The notes beneath the pieces were generated by a model. It was not told the DNA's origin. It did no database searches and was given only the letters and a program-made list of their open reading frames with translations. A DNA stretch of 64,000 bases. Source: an uncultured Thalassospiraceae bacterium (GTDB lineage Bacteria > Pseudomonadota > Alphaproteobacteria > Rhodospirillales > Magnetovibrionaceae). The position numbers and the translations under genes were made by a program. Below, in pieces: positions 51,256 through 59,018 of this stretch (positions are counted from its first letter, which is position 1; each line of letters opens with the position of its first letter). The stretch spans positions 1,385 to 65,384 of the forward strand of contig CBFCYL010000006.1 of NCBI GenBank assembly GCA_965602455.1, written 5' to 3'.

Positions 51256-51864
51256 ATGACGGCCGGGCAATCAGATCATGATTTTTTCAAGAGCCAGATA
51301 GCTCTCCATATGGACAGCCTTTATGGTTGCGCCATGCGCCTGACCCGTAACCCGGATGACGCGCAGGACCTTTTGGCTGAAACGGTAACCAAGGCGTGGG
51401 CGGCAATTGCAAATTTGCAAGACCGAGAGAAGTTTCGGGGCTGGATATTTTGTATTCTCAACAACACGTTTATCAGCCTTTACCGCAAACAAAAAAATGC
51501 TCCTGAAACAGAACAATACCTTGAAGAGAGTGAAGACGACGAACCATTTTCACTGTTTGAAAAACTGCACCAACCATTTTTATTGTGGTGGGGAAACCCC
51601 GAACAGGAATATATGAACAAGCTGCTGGCCGATGACATAAAGTCGGCTATTGACGGACTAAGCGATGAGTTTCGCGATGTAGTGGTTATGGTTGATGTTC
51701 AGGGTTTAAGTTACGAAGAAGCCGCAGCTTGCAGCAATGTACCCGTGGGAACAATACGATCCCGCTTAAAGCGCGCCAGAACGCAATTACAAAAATCCCT
51801 ATGGAAGCAGGCTTCCGATTCCGGCATAGAAACGGCCGAATCCTTCATAGGAGAAAGCAAATGA
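51256..51864 (+). CDS. ECF (group 4) RNA polymerase sigma factor
   Basis: Region 2 (DAQDLLAETVTKAW..FRGWIFCILNNTFISLYRK) and region 4 (LS.EFRDVVVMVDVQGLSYEEAA..VPVGTIRSRLKRAR). An alternative ATG at 51205 would be almost leaderless relative to P3. Confidence 0.85.
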   Translation: MTAGQSDHDFFKSQIALHMDSLYGCAMRLTRNPDDAQDLLAETVTKAWAAIANLQDREKFRGWIFCILNNTFISLYRKQKNAPETEQYLEESEDDEPFSLFEKLHQPFLLWWGNPEQEYMNKLLADDIKSAIDGLSDEFRDVVVMVDVQGLSYEEAAACSNVPVGTIRSRLKRARTQLQKSLWKQASDSGIETAESFIGESK

Positions 51865-52115
51865 CACACGATGATAAAAAAAATGAGAATGCTCTTGACT
51901 GCAAGGATGTGGTAAAGAAAATTTTTGAATATCTTGATGGTGAGCTGGATGAACACACCCATGCTGATATAGAGCACCATATGGATCATTGTCGTAGCTG
52001 TTTTTCCAGGGCGGAATTTGAATCCGAACTTAAAAAGAAGGTTAAGGAAAATGCGGATGAAGAGGCACCAGAAGATCTGAAAAATCGTATTAATAATCTT
52101 ATTGGAAATTTTTAA
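51861..52115 (+). CDS. Cytoplasmic ZAS-type anti-sigma factor, RsrA-like
   Basis: 84 aa with no TM segment. HxxxCxxC (HHMDHCRSC) plus an upstream Cys (LDCKD). Collinear with Streptomyces RsrA as I remember it. ATGA overlap with the sigma gene. Confidence 0.75.
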   Translation: MTHDDKKNENALDCKDVVKKIFEYLDGELDEHTHADIEHHMDHCRSCFSRAEFESELKKKVKENADEEAPEDLKNRINNLIGNF

Positions 52116-52144
52116 TATCTGGGGTTGGTATTGGAGGGGAAAAT

Positions 52145-52927
52145 ATGGTTGCCATTCTTGGTGATGACCGTGCCTTTATTGTCAAGGCAGTAAAAGAGAT
52201 GTACTCGGACGTTGCAAAAAACCCGGGAAAGGAATTTCACTTTCCAACCGGTAGGTCGGCTTGTGAGTTTGTTGGTTATCCTGATTCGGAACTTAATCAA
52301 TTACCTGAAACCGCCATTGAATCTTTTGCCGGCGTTGGTTATCCGCATAAATCAAACTTTATAGGCGAAGGCCATGTGGTGCTGGATATTGGTTCCGGTT
52401 CGGGCACCGATGCCCTTATTGCGGGCTTGCGTACCGGGCCTGCGGGAAAAGTCTATGGTCTTGATATGACAAAGGCGATGAGCGATAAGCTGCGGGAGAA
52501 TATAAATAAAATGGACGTATCCCATGTTGAACCGCTTGAGGGTCACGCCGATGAAATTCCATTGGCCGATGAAACCGTTGATGTGGTTACCAGCAACGGG
52601 GTGTTGAACCTGGTGCTTGATAAACAAAAAGCATTTAACGAAATATTCCGGGTTCTAAAACCCGGCGGCAAAGTGCAAATCGCCGATATTGTTGTCGGCA
52701 GTCCTATTTCGGATAAATGCAAAGAAGACCCGGCCTTGTGGGCTGAGTGCGTGGTTGGGGCAGCACTGGAAGACCAGTATATAGAAATGTTCCGCAACGC
52801 TGGGTTTGCCGACGTTAAGGCCTTACACCGGTTTGATTATTTTGAGGGAAGCTCCAGTGCAAACACCCGCAAGGTTGCCGGTGAATTTCAGGCCCATACG
52901 GTTGAGTTGGTTATGACCAAGGCCTGA
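52145..52927 (+). CDS. ArsM-like class I SAM methyltransferase, paralogue 2
   Basis: VKEMYSDVA.., ESFAGVGY, VLDIGSGSGTDAL, VTSNGVLNLVLDK, LKPGGKVQIADIV. GGAGGGG RBS 30 nt after the anti-sigma stop. Confidence 0.7.
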   Translation: MVAILGDDRAFIVKAVKEMYSDVAKNPGKEFHFPTGRSACEFVGYPDSELNQLPETAIESFAGVGYPHKSNFIGEGHVVLDIGSGSGTDALIAGLRTGPAGKVYGLDMTKAMSDKLRENINKMDVSHVEPLEGHADEIPLADETVDVVTSNGVLNLVLDKQKAFNEIFRVLKPGGKVQIADIVVGSPISDKCKEDPALWAECVVGAALEDQYIEMFRNAGFADVKALHRFDYFEGSSSANTRKVAGEFQAHTVELVMTKA

Positions 52928-52986
52928 CATATGAGCAATTCTTTGTACTCTCGCCACCTCAATAAAAACTCATAAACTGGCGGGCG

Positions 52987-53002
52987 CTGCCTCCAGCTAC
53001 CA
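52987..53002 (+). repeat. Distal att-like copy of the tRNA-Met 3' end (CTGCCTCCAGCTACCA)
   Basis: 16/16 identity with 41642-41657. Confidence 0.9.
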
Positions 53003-53020
53003 AACGAAAGGTCCCGTCAG

Positions 53021-54253
53021 TTAACCTGTGGGGCTTTTTTGTGCGCCCCGCTCGGGGCTGGCGCGCACAATGGCAAACGAAACAAACAATGCCAGCAGCC
53101 ACCACGTTGACCAGATGGAAAAATTAAACAACGAGCTTCCCCAGAAGCCAGCCATGATAAGCATTAGGACAAGGGCGTCGGTGCTGCCGGTTCTGAGGAA
53201 GCGCCCCAGTTCACCGAAAAACAAATAGGCCAGCACAACGACCATCAGCCCGAGGCCCATCGCTCCGGTTTCGGCCAACACTTCCAACACCCAGTTGTGC
53301 GGGTGTGAGGGCACCAGCTCTGCCGTGATGCCTTTTGCAAAATCCCCGGCGCCGGGCAGGAAATTAACCGCGTTGATGCCGTGGCCGAACCAAGGCGCTT
53401 CCTTTGCTTTTTCGATAACAAAAAGCCAGATCTGCTGGCGGTGGCTATCGACCAGCCACGATGGCAGATAATCGTTGGGGTTTTCGCTGCGCCAGCCCTG
53501 AGAGTCCAGCAGGTAAACAAGGGTGCCGCCGATAGCAGCGGCAATGAAAATGCCGCCCACCGGCATCCATTTCCGGTTGGTCAGTGAAAGAGCGACAACG
53601 AATAGCACCGCCATTATGCCGACACCAAACAGGGCTGAGCGGCTTCCTGATTCAAAAATAACCACAACACTCATTACCGCAACGGCCAAGCCGGCCCATC
53701 GCCACCGGTTGGCCAGCTTTATCCCTGACCACAACGCCAGCGGTATCAGGCAAACGGCTGCCGAGGCAAAAGCCTTGAATATAACATCCGGGCGAATTCT
53801 GTTGCCGTCTGCCAGCTTTCCCTTCATCAACAAGGCCAGTTCGGGAACGGCATAAAGGCTGATCAGCGCCAGCGCCATTGCTATGATACCGCCGATTAAA
53901 AGCGCCCTCTGGCAAACGCTCAGGCGGCGGTCGCTGGCGGCCAGAAAAGCCCACAGCAAGCCCGCGCCAAGCATAAGCAACGGCGTGCGCGCCCAGGTGG
54001 AAAAGGAATGCCACGGCTCCGGCGAAACAAACAAGCCCGGTATCCACACGATGGTCATCAGGGCGACCAGCATGAAAAACGGCGAGGTAAAATTAGGCTT
54101 TAGCTTCCGCCACAACGCGCCGCGGTCAATCAGCAGGGCACCCAGAAACGCCAGTGCCAACGTGCCTTGCAGTGCAGAGCGGCCAAAGGCCATCAGCGGA
54201 ATGGAAAGGCCGACCAGCACGCTGATCCATATTTCAGGGGAAGGGCGGGTCAT
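53021..54253 (-). CDS. O-antigen ligase family (Wzy_C/WaaL-like) membrane protein
   Basis: About 11 TM helices with a large loop containing ..HPHN..LEVLAETG.. typical of O-antigen ligase/polymerase domains. Confidence 0.7.
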   Translation of the reverse strand: MTRPSPEIWISVLVGLSIPLMAFGRSALQGTLALAFLGALLIDRGALWRKLKPNFTSPFFMLVALMTIVWIPGLFVSPEPWHSFSTWARTPLLMLGAGLLWAFLAASDRRLSVCQRALLIGGIIAMALALISLYAVPELALLMKGKLADGNRIRPDVIFKAFASAAVCLIPLALWSGIKLANRWRWAGLAVAVMSVVVIFESGSRSALFGVGIMAVLFVVALSLTNRKWMPVGGIFIAAAIGGTLVYLLDSQGWRSENPNDYLPSWLVDSHRQQIWLFVIEKAKEAPWFGHGINAVNFLPGAGDFAKGITAELVPSHPHNWVLEVLAETGAMGLGLMVVVLAYLFFGELGRFLRTGSTDALVLMLIMAGFWGSSLFNFSIWSTWWLLALFVSFAIVRASPERGAQKSPTG

Positions 54254-54795
54254 GCGCCGTCTTTTTGTCGGGCGTAGTCGCCATAGGTTCCATCGCGCTC
54301 TGAAATGACGGCGGGTTCCATTGGCCAGTCAATGCCAAAGGCCGGGTCGTTCCAGCGCACACCGCGCGCCAGTTCGGGTTCATAAAACTCACCCATCAGG
54401 TAGAGAATTTCGGTATCCGGTTGCAGGGTGATGAAACCGTGCGCGCACCCTGCCGGCACAAGCATGGAAAGCCTGTTTTCCGCCGTCAGTTCGGTGCCCA
54501 CCCATCGGCAGTAAGTGGGGCTTTCAGGGCGCAGGTCGACCGCGACATCAAAAAGCGCACCTTCGGTGCACCGCACCAGTTTTTGTTCCGGTTTGGGCGC
54601 GTCCTGGTAATGCATGCCGCGCAGGGTGCCCGCATCGCGGTTCAGTGAAAAGTTGGTTTGGCGGATGCGCATATCCACGCCACTGGCCGCCAGTTCCTTT
54701 TCGCAAAAGCTGCGGGCGAAAAAGCCGCGCTCATCACCAATAAGTTCCGGCTCGATCACCACCACATCGGCAATTTCAGTTTTGCGGATAATCAT
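54250..54795 (-). CDS. rfbC: dTDP-4-dehydrorhamnose 3,5-epimerase
   Basis: Cupin fold, DERGFF, RGMHYQ..P..Q.KLVRC..G...DV.VD.R. Overlapping stop/start codons on both sides. Confidence 0.88.
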   Translation of the reverse strand: MIIRKTEIADVVVIEPELIGDERGFFARSFCEKELAASGVDMRIRQTNFSLNRDAGTLRGMHYQDAPKPEQKLVRCTEGALFDVAVDLRPESPTYCRWVGTELTAENRLSMLVPAGCAHGFITLQPDTEILYLMGEFYEPELARGVRWNDPAFGIDWPMEPAVISERDGTYGDYARQKDGA

Positions 54796-56015
54796 GCGGT
54801 TACCTCAAGTTCGGGAATTGCGACCACAAACTTCCCCCCCCAATCGCGGATAAAGCCCATTTTCCCCATGATCTCTTGCTTTAGGTTCCAGGGCAAGATC
54901 AAGACGAAATCGGGCTGCGTTTCGCCGATGTGCTCAGGCGCCAGAATAGCAAGGCGGCTACCGGGCAGGAAGCGACCCTGTTTGTGGGGGTTGGCATCTA
55001 CCACACAGGCAATCAGGTCATCACCAACGCCGCAATAATTCAACAGCGTATTGCCCTTGGCCGCTGCGCCATAGGCGACAACCGTTTTGCTATCGGCCTT
55101 GGCACTTTCAAGAAACTCAAGCAGGCTTTTGCGCACAGCCTCGACCCTCGGGGTGAACCCGTCGTAGGCCGCCAGCGTATCCAGTTTTGCCGCGCGTTCC
55201 TTATTGCGAACCACACCAAGACCCTCACCTTCGTTGTGGGCGGCGCAAGCGTCGTGGCAGGCATAAACGCGCAATGAGCCGCCATGGGTGGGAATTTCAT
55301 CAACGTCAAAAACCCTTAACCCATGGGCCTGAAAAATACGTTCCACCGTCAGCAACGAAAGATAGGAATAGTGTTCGTGGTAAATGGTATCAAACTGGCC
55401 CAGCTCAATCAGGTTCAAAACGTGCGGGAATTCCACCGTCAACACGCCGTCTGGCTTTAACAACACCGAGAACCCCTGAACGAAATCATTAAGGTCAGGC
55501 ACATGGGCCAGCACGTTGTTGGCAGCGAGAAGGTCGGCGCCATGGCCTTCGGTCTTCAGGCGCGTCGCGGTCGCTTCGCCAAAGAAGGCAACTTCCGTTG
55601 CCACGCCTTTTTCGCGCGCCACCGTGGCAATATTCGCCGCCGGTTCCACACCCAGCACAGGCACGTCGCGGGCGGCAAAATGTTGTAACAGGTAGCCGTC
55701 ATTGCTGGCCACTTCGACCACCCTGGACTGGGCATCAAGGCCAAACCGCTGGCACATGGCTTCGGCATAGTCGCGCGCGTGCTCAACCCAGCTTTCGGCA
55801 TATGAGGAAAAGTAGGCGTAGTCGGAAAAAATAGCTTCCGCAGGCACGGCGTCTTCAACCTGCACCAGGAAACACGAACCACAGACCCGGGCATGCAGGG
55901 GGTAGGTGTTTTCCGTCGCCCTGGCACCATCAAGGAAGCTGTTGGCCAGCGGCTGGTTGCCGAGGTCAACCAGCGTTTGTTCGAGCGGGGATTGGCAAAA
56001 CCGGCATTGGGTCAT
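54792..56015 (-). CDS. Sugar C-methyltransferase-like SAM enzyme (N-terminal Zn-ribbon, class I MTase, C-terminal C-methyltransferase domain)
   Basis: CRFCQSPL..LVDLGNQPLANSFL.. N-terminus and VVEVASNDGYLL motif I. About 407 aa, as in TylCIII/NovU-type enzymes. Confidence 0.7.
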   Translation of the reverse strand: MTQCRFCQSPLEQTLVDLGNQPLANSFLDGARATENTYPLHARVCGSCFLVQVEDAVPAEAIFSDYAYFSSYAESWVEHARDYAEAMCQRFGLDAQSRVVEVASNDGYLLQHFAARDVPVLGVEPAANIATVAREKGVATEVAFFGEATATRLKTEGHGADLLAANNVLAHVPDLNDFVQGFSVLLKPDGVLTVEFPHVLNLIELGQFDTIYHEHYSYLSLLTVERIFQAHGLRVFDVDEIPTHGGSLRVYACHDACAAHNEGEGLGVVRNKERAAKLDTLAAYDGFTPRVEAVRKSLLEFLESAKADSKTVVAYGAAAKGNTLLNYCGVGDDLIACVVDANPHKQGRFLPGSRLAILAPEHIGETQPDFVLILPWNLKQEIMGKMGFIRDWGGKFVVAIPELEVTA

Positions 56016-56322
56016 GGTTTGTGCGGCTGGCTCTGGTTGATGCGAAAGTGGCGAAACGGGTGTAATGGCAGAGCTTTACTGGATTGAGCCTTCTAGCACA
56101 AGGGCCGCCGGAATAAGCCGCACCGGTTAGCGTAACGGGTGTATTGAGCATTAAAGAAAGCCTTGATTTAATTATTAAATCCGTAAAATGGCAATTCACG
56201 CTCCAGGGGTGAAGAAGACCGCAAAAATACAATTACCTGTTGCTCTTGGTCGGGTTTTAGACCTATATATCGGACAGGATTTTCGATTATTTATTGCAAC
56301 CTAAACCCAGAGGAGGTCTCTC

Positions 56323-56532
56323 ATGCCCAAGGGTACTGTTAAGTGGTTTAATGCTCAAAAGGGTTTTGGTTTTATCGAACCCGAAGACGGATCCAAGGAT
56401 GCGTTCGTTCACATCAGCGCGCTTGAGCGTGCGGGGCTGTCTGGCCTCGACGAAGGTCAAGCCGTCGAATATGAACTGGTTGAAGGCCGCGAAGGCAAGG
56501 TTGCCGCCGAGGAATTGAAGCTGGTCAGCTAA
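56323..56532 (+). CDS. cspA: Cold-shock protein (CspA family)
   Basis: [15 protein letters not shown] (RNP1) and DAFVHISAL (RNP2). Long 5' leader. Confidence 0.95.
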   Translation: MPKGTVKWFNAQKGFGFIEPEDGSKDAFVHISALERAGLSGLDEGQAVEYELVEGREGKVAAEELKLVS

Positions 56533-56581
56533 TATTTTCCGGCCGGACTGTCTTTTAAGACAGCTTTGACAAATATAAATT

Positions 56582-56618
56582 AAAACCCCCGGCGGCATCT
56601 GCCATCGGGGGTTTTTTT
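56582..56618. terminator. Bidirectional terminator between cspA and the response regulator gene
   Basis: AAAACCCCCG-loop-CGGGGGTTTTTTT. Confidence 0.8.
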
Positions 56619-56642
56619 GTACTTTGTAGCAAGCGGTGCTGC

Positions 56643-57197
56643 TCAGGGCCGTACCACCGTGGCAAAGCGTGTGTGAACGTTGTCCATGCGATCCAGCAAG
56701 TGCGGGTCTGTACCTTCAGGAAAGGTGGCAGCGGCCCTGAGCTCGGCCAGGCTGGTGTAAAGGGTCACCATTTCGTCGACGATGCGCACATCGCGGGCGG
56801 CAGCATTGGTGTTGAGGTAGGCCAGCTTGACCTTGAGCGCCAGCACATCAAGGTCCACCGGTTTTTGCATAAAATCAAAAAAGGCCCGGTCTTTTATACC
56901 CTCCCTGAATGACTGGATAGCCACCCGCTGCGCTTCGGCGCCGGTCACCATGATGATCGGCTTGCTAAACCCCTGGCGGCGCAACTGGGTCAGGGCCGAA
57001 AGCCCGCCCTCGTCACCCGGTGGCATGTGATAATCCAGCAGCACCACGTCTGGTTCGTGCTGGGTGGCCTTGAGGCGCGCCTGCGGGCCATCAATGGCTT
57101 CAAACACCTCGAAACCTTCGTTTTCAAGGCGAAAACGATAGATGTCGCGGATATTTTTGTCATCGTCGGCAATCAGCACCCGGACTTGATCTGACAT
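56643..57197 (-). CDS. Stand-alone response-regulator receiver protein with an uncharacterised about 60-aa C-terminal extension
   Basis: DDD acidic pocket (LIADDDKN), phospho-acceptor in VVLLDYHMP, MVTG, MQKP. No recognisable output domain. Internal ATG at 57197. Confidence 0.75.
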   Translation of the reverse strand: MSDQVRVLIADDDKNIRDIYRFRLENEGFEVFEAIDGPQARLKATQHEPDVVLLDYHMPPGDEGGLSALTQLRRQGFSKPIIMVTGAEAQRVAIQSFREGIKDRAFFDFMQKPVDLDVLALKVKLAYLNTNAAARDVRIVDEMVTLYTSLAELRAAATFPEGTDPHLLDRMDNVHTRFATVVRP

Positions 57198-57489
57198 GGT
57201 CGCCCTCAATCGCTTAAAAGTGCCCGCGAGGGCAAATGGGAATACACTAATGCCGAGTATATAGCTATGGCAGGGCACAACTTCAAGATATACCTAAGGA
57301 TAGTGGGGTGACGGCTGAAAGGTGTCTCGAAAACCGGATGTGGCGCCGCGATGCCGGGGCGGGCGGGGCCATGGCTTACGCATAAGGTTGCGTCGTTGGC
57401 GGGCCTTCGATATACCGAAGAACCCCGCGCGATTCACCGTGCGGCAGTTTTTACAACCCTCTGGGATGGCGCAAGGTTCAACAGGTTCA

Positions 57490-58812
57490 ATGTCCGAAAA
57501 ATCAGGCAAGATTTTCAAGCCCCGGCCGGTCAGCGGATACCCTGAATGGCTGCCCGAGGAACGCCTGGTCGAGCAGGGCTGGATCGACGCCATCCGCGGC
57601 GTTTTCGAGGCTTACGGTTTTTGCGCCATCGAGACGCCCTCGGTTGAGGAGATCGAGGTTCTTAGCGCCAAGGGTGGCGATGCGGACAAGGAAATCTATG
57701 CCCTCAGCCGCCTGCACGAAGACGCCGATGCGCGTTCGGAAAGCCGGGTGGCGTTGCACTATGATCTGACGGTGCCACTGGCGCGCTATGTAGCGCAGCA
57801 TTACGGCGACCTGGTGTTTCCCTTCAAACGCTACCAGATACAAAAAGCATGGCGTGGTGAACGCCCGCAGGAAGGGCGCTTTCGCGAGTTCCTGCAATGC
57901 GATATCGACGTCATCGACAACGACGAACTGTCTATTGAGTTCGACGCTGAAATCCCGGCCATCGTATACGAGATTTTCCAGCGCATCGGGGTTGGTAACG
58001 TCAGCATCCACGTCAACAACCGAAAAATCCTGCAGGGTTTCTATACCGGCCTCGGCATCGACAATGTTGTCGAGACCATCCGCATTGTCGACAAGATGGA
58101 CAAAATCGGCGCTGACGGTGTGCGCAAGTCGCTGCTGGAAGACCTTGGCCTTTCCGCCGGTCTGGTTGACCAATGCCTCAGGCTGGCTGAAATCAAGACC
58201 AGCGACAGTGCGTTTGCCGATAAGGTGCGCGCTCTTGGTGTTGAAAATGAACAACTGGAAACGGGCTTGGGCGAGCTTTCGTTCGTCATGGATAGCCTCA
58301 GCCATATTCCGCCGGGCGTTATTTTTGCCGATCTTTCCATTGCGCGCGGGTTCGATTACTACACCGGCACGGTTTACGAAGCCAAGCTGGTGGATTATCC
58401 GGACTATCCTTCCATTTGCTCAGGCGGGCGTTACGATAATTTAGTTTCAAGTTACATGAACAAGCGCCTGCCCGGCGTTGGTATGTCCATCGGCCTGACG
58501 CGTATTTTCGTCAAGCTGCTGAAGGAAGGCTGCCTTGATATTGGCCCGAAATGCCCGACCCAGGTGCTGGTTGCGCAACTGCCCGAACAGGGCCGTGATG
58601 TGGCGGCAGCCACGGCACAACAGCTGCGTGCCCGAGGCCTCAATGTCGAGATGTATCACGAGGCTGCCAAGCTCAAAAACCAGCTGCGCTATGCCGAACG
58701 CAAGGGCATTGCCTATGTCTGGTTTGCCGGTGATGGCGACCAGCCCCATGAGGTCAAGGTTATGGCCAGCGGTGAACAAAGCCCCGCCGACCCCGAAAGC
58801 TGGCTGCCTTAA
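57490..58812 (+). CDS. hisS: Histidine--tRNA ligase
   Basis: Class II motifs (GYPEWLP, FPFKRYQIQKAWRGERPQEGRFREFLQCD, GGRYD) and a C-terminal anticodon-binding domain. Start at 57490 or 57466. Confidence 0.9.
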   Translation: MSEKSGKIFKPRPVSGYPEWLPEERLVEQGWIDAIRGVFEAYGFCAIETPSVEEIEVLSAKGGDADKEIYALSRLHEDADARSESRVALHYDLTVPLARYVAQHYGDLVFPFKRYQIQKAWRGERPQEGRFREFLQCDIDVIDNDELSIEFDAEIPAIVYEIFQRIGVGNVSIHVNNRKILQGFYTGLGIDNVVETIRIVDKMDKIGADGVRKSLLEDLGLSAGLVDQCLRLAEIKTSDSAFADKVRALGVENEQLETGLGELSFVMDSLSHIPPGVIFADLSIARGFDYYTGTVYEAKLVDYPDYPSICSGGRYDNLVSSYMNKRLPGVGMSIGLTRIFVKLLKEGCLDIGPKCPTQVLVAQLPEQGRDVAAATAQQLRARGLNVEMYHEAAKLKNQLRYAERKGIAYVWFAGDGDQPHEVKVMASGEQSPADPESWLP

Positions 58813-59018
58813 CCCGACAAGCCTGAACCGCAAGGTTCGGGCCCACAGCTGCGGGCAGGCAGGAAAAACCCCTTATTTCCTGGGAAAACGCATGGTTAAA
58901 AATTATTTAACCGCAGCGGGATTAACCCTGCCCGTCAGGCGTTATCCATACAAGGCCCACGTATCACCCGAATTTCCGCACATCAAAAGGGCCAGATTGT
59001 CTAAAAACAGGGAATTTT

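Larger units (their letters stand above)
41658..53002. mobile_element. Composite genomic island: stacked islets inserted at the 3' end of tRNA-Met. No integrase gene recognised.
   Basis: Bounded by the tRNA and by a 16/16-nt copy of its 3' end at 52987-53002. Internal copies lie at 41791, 42924 and 44282. Visibly AT-richer than the flanks. Accessory gene content sits between core genes. Confidence 0.65.

Noticed and set aside
51407-51420. Perfect 14-bp palindrome TTGCAAATTTGCAA, superficially similar to a LuxO box.
   Set aside because: The half-site spacing is 4 nt rather than 3. It lies inside the ECF sigma coding sequence (..AAIANLQD..), with no sigma54 promoter nearby.
56551-56566. 16-bp perfect palindrome CTGTCTTTTAAGACAG just after cspA.
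   Set aside because: It is most simply a small hairpin that is part of the cspA 3' end, ahead of the main terminator. Nothing links it to a regulator.
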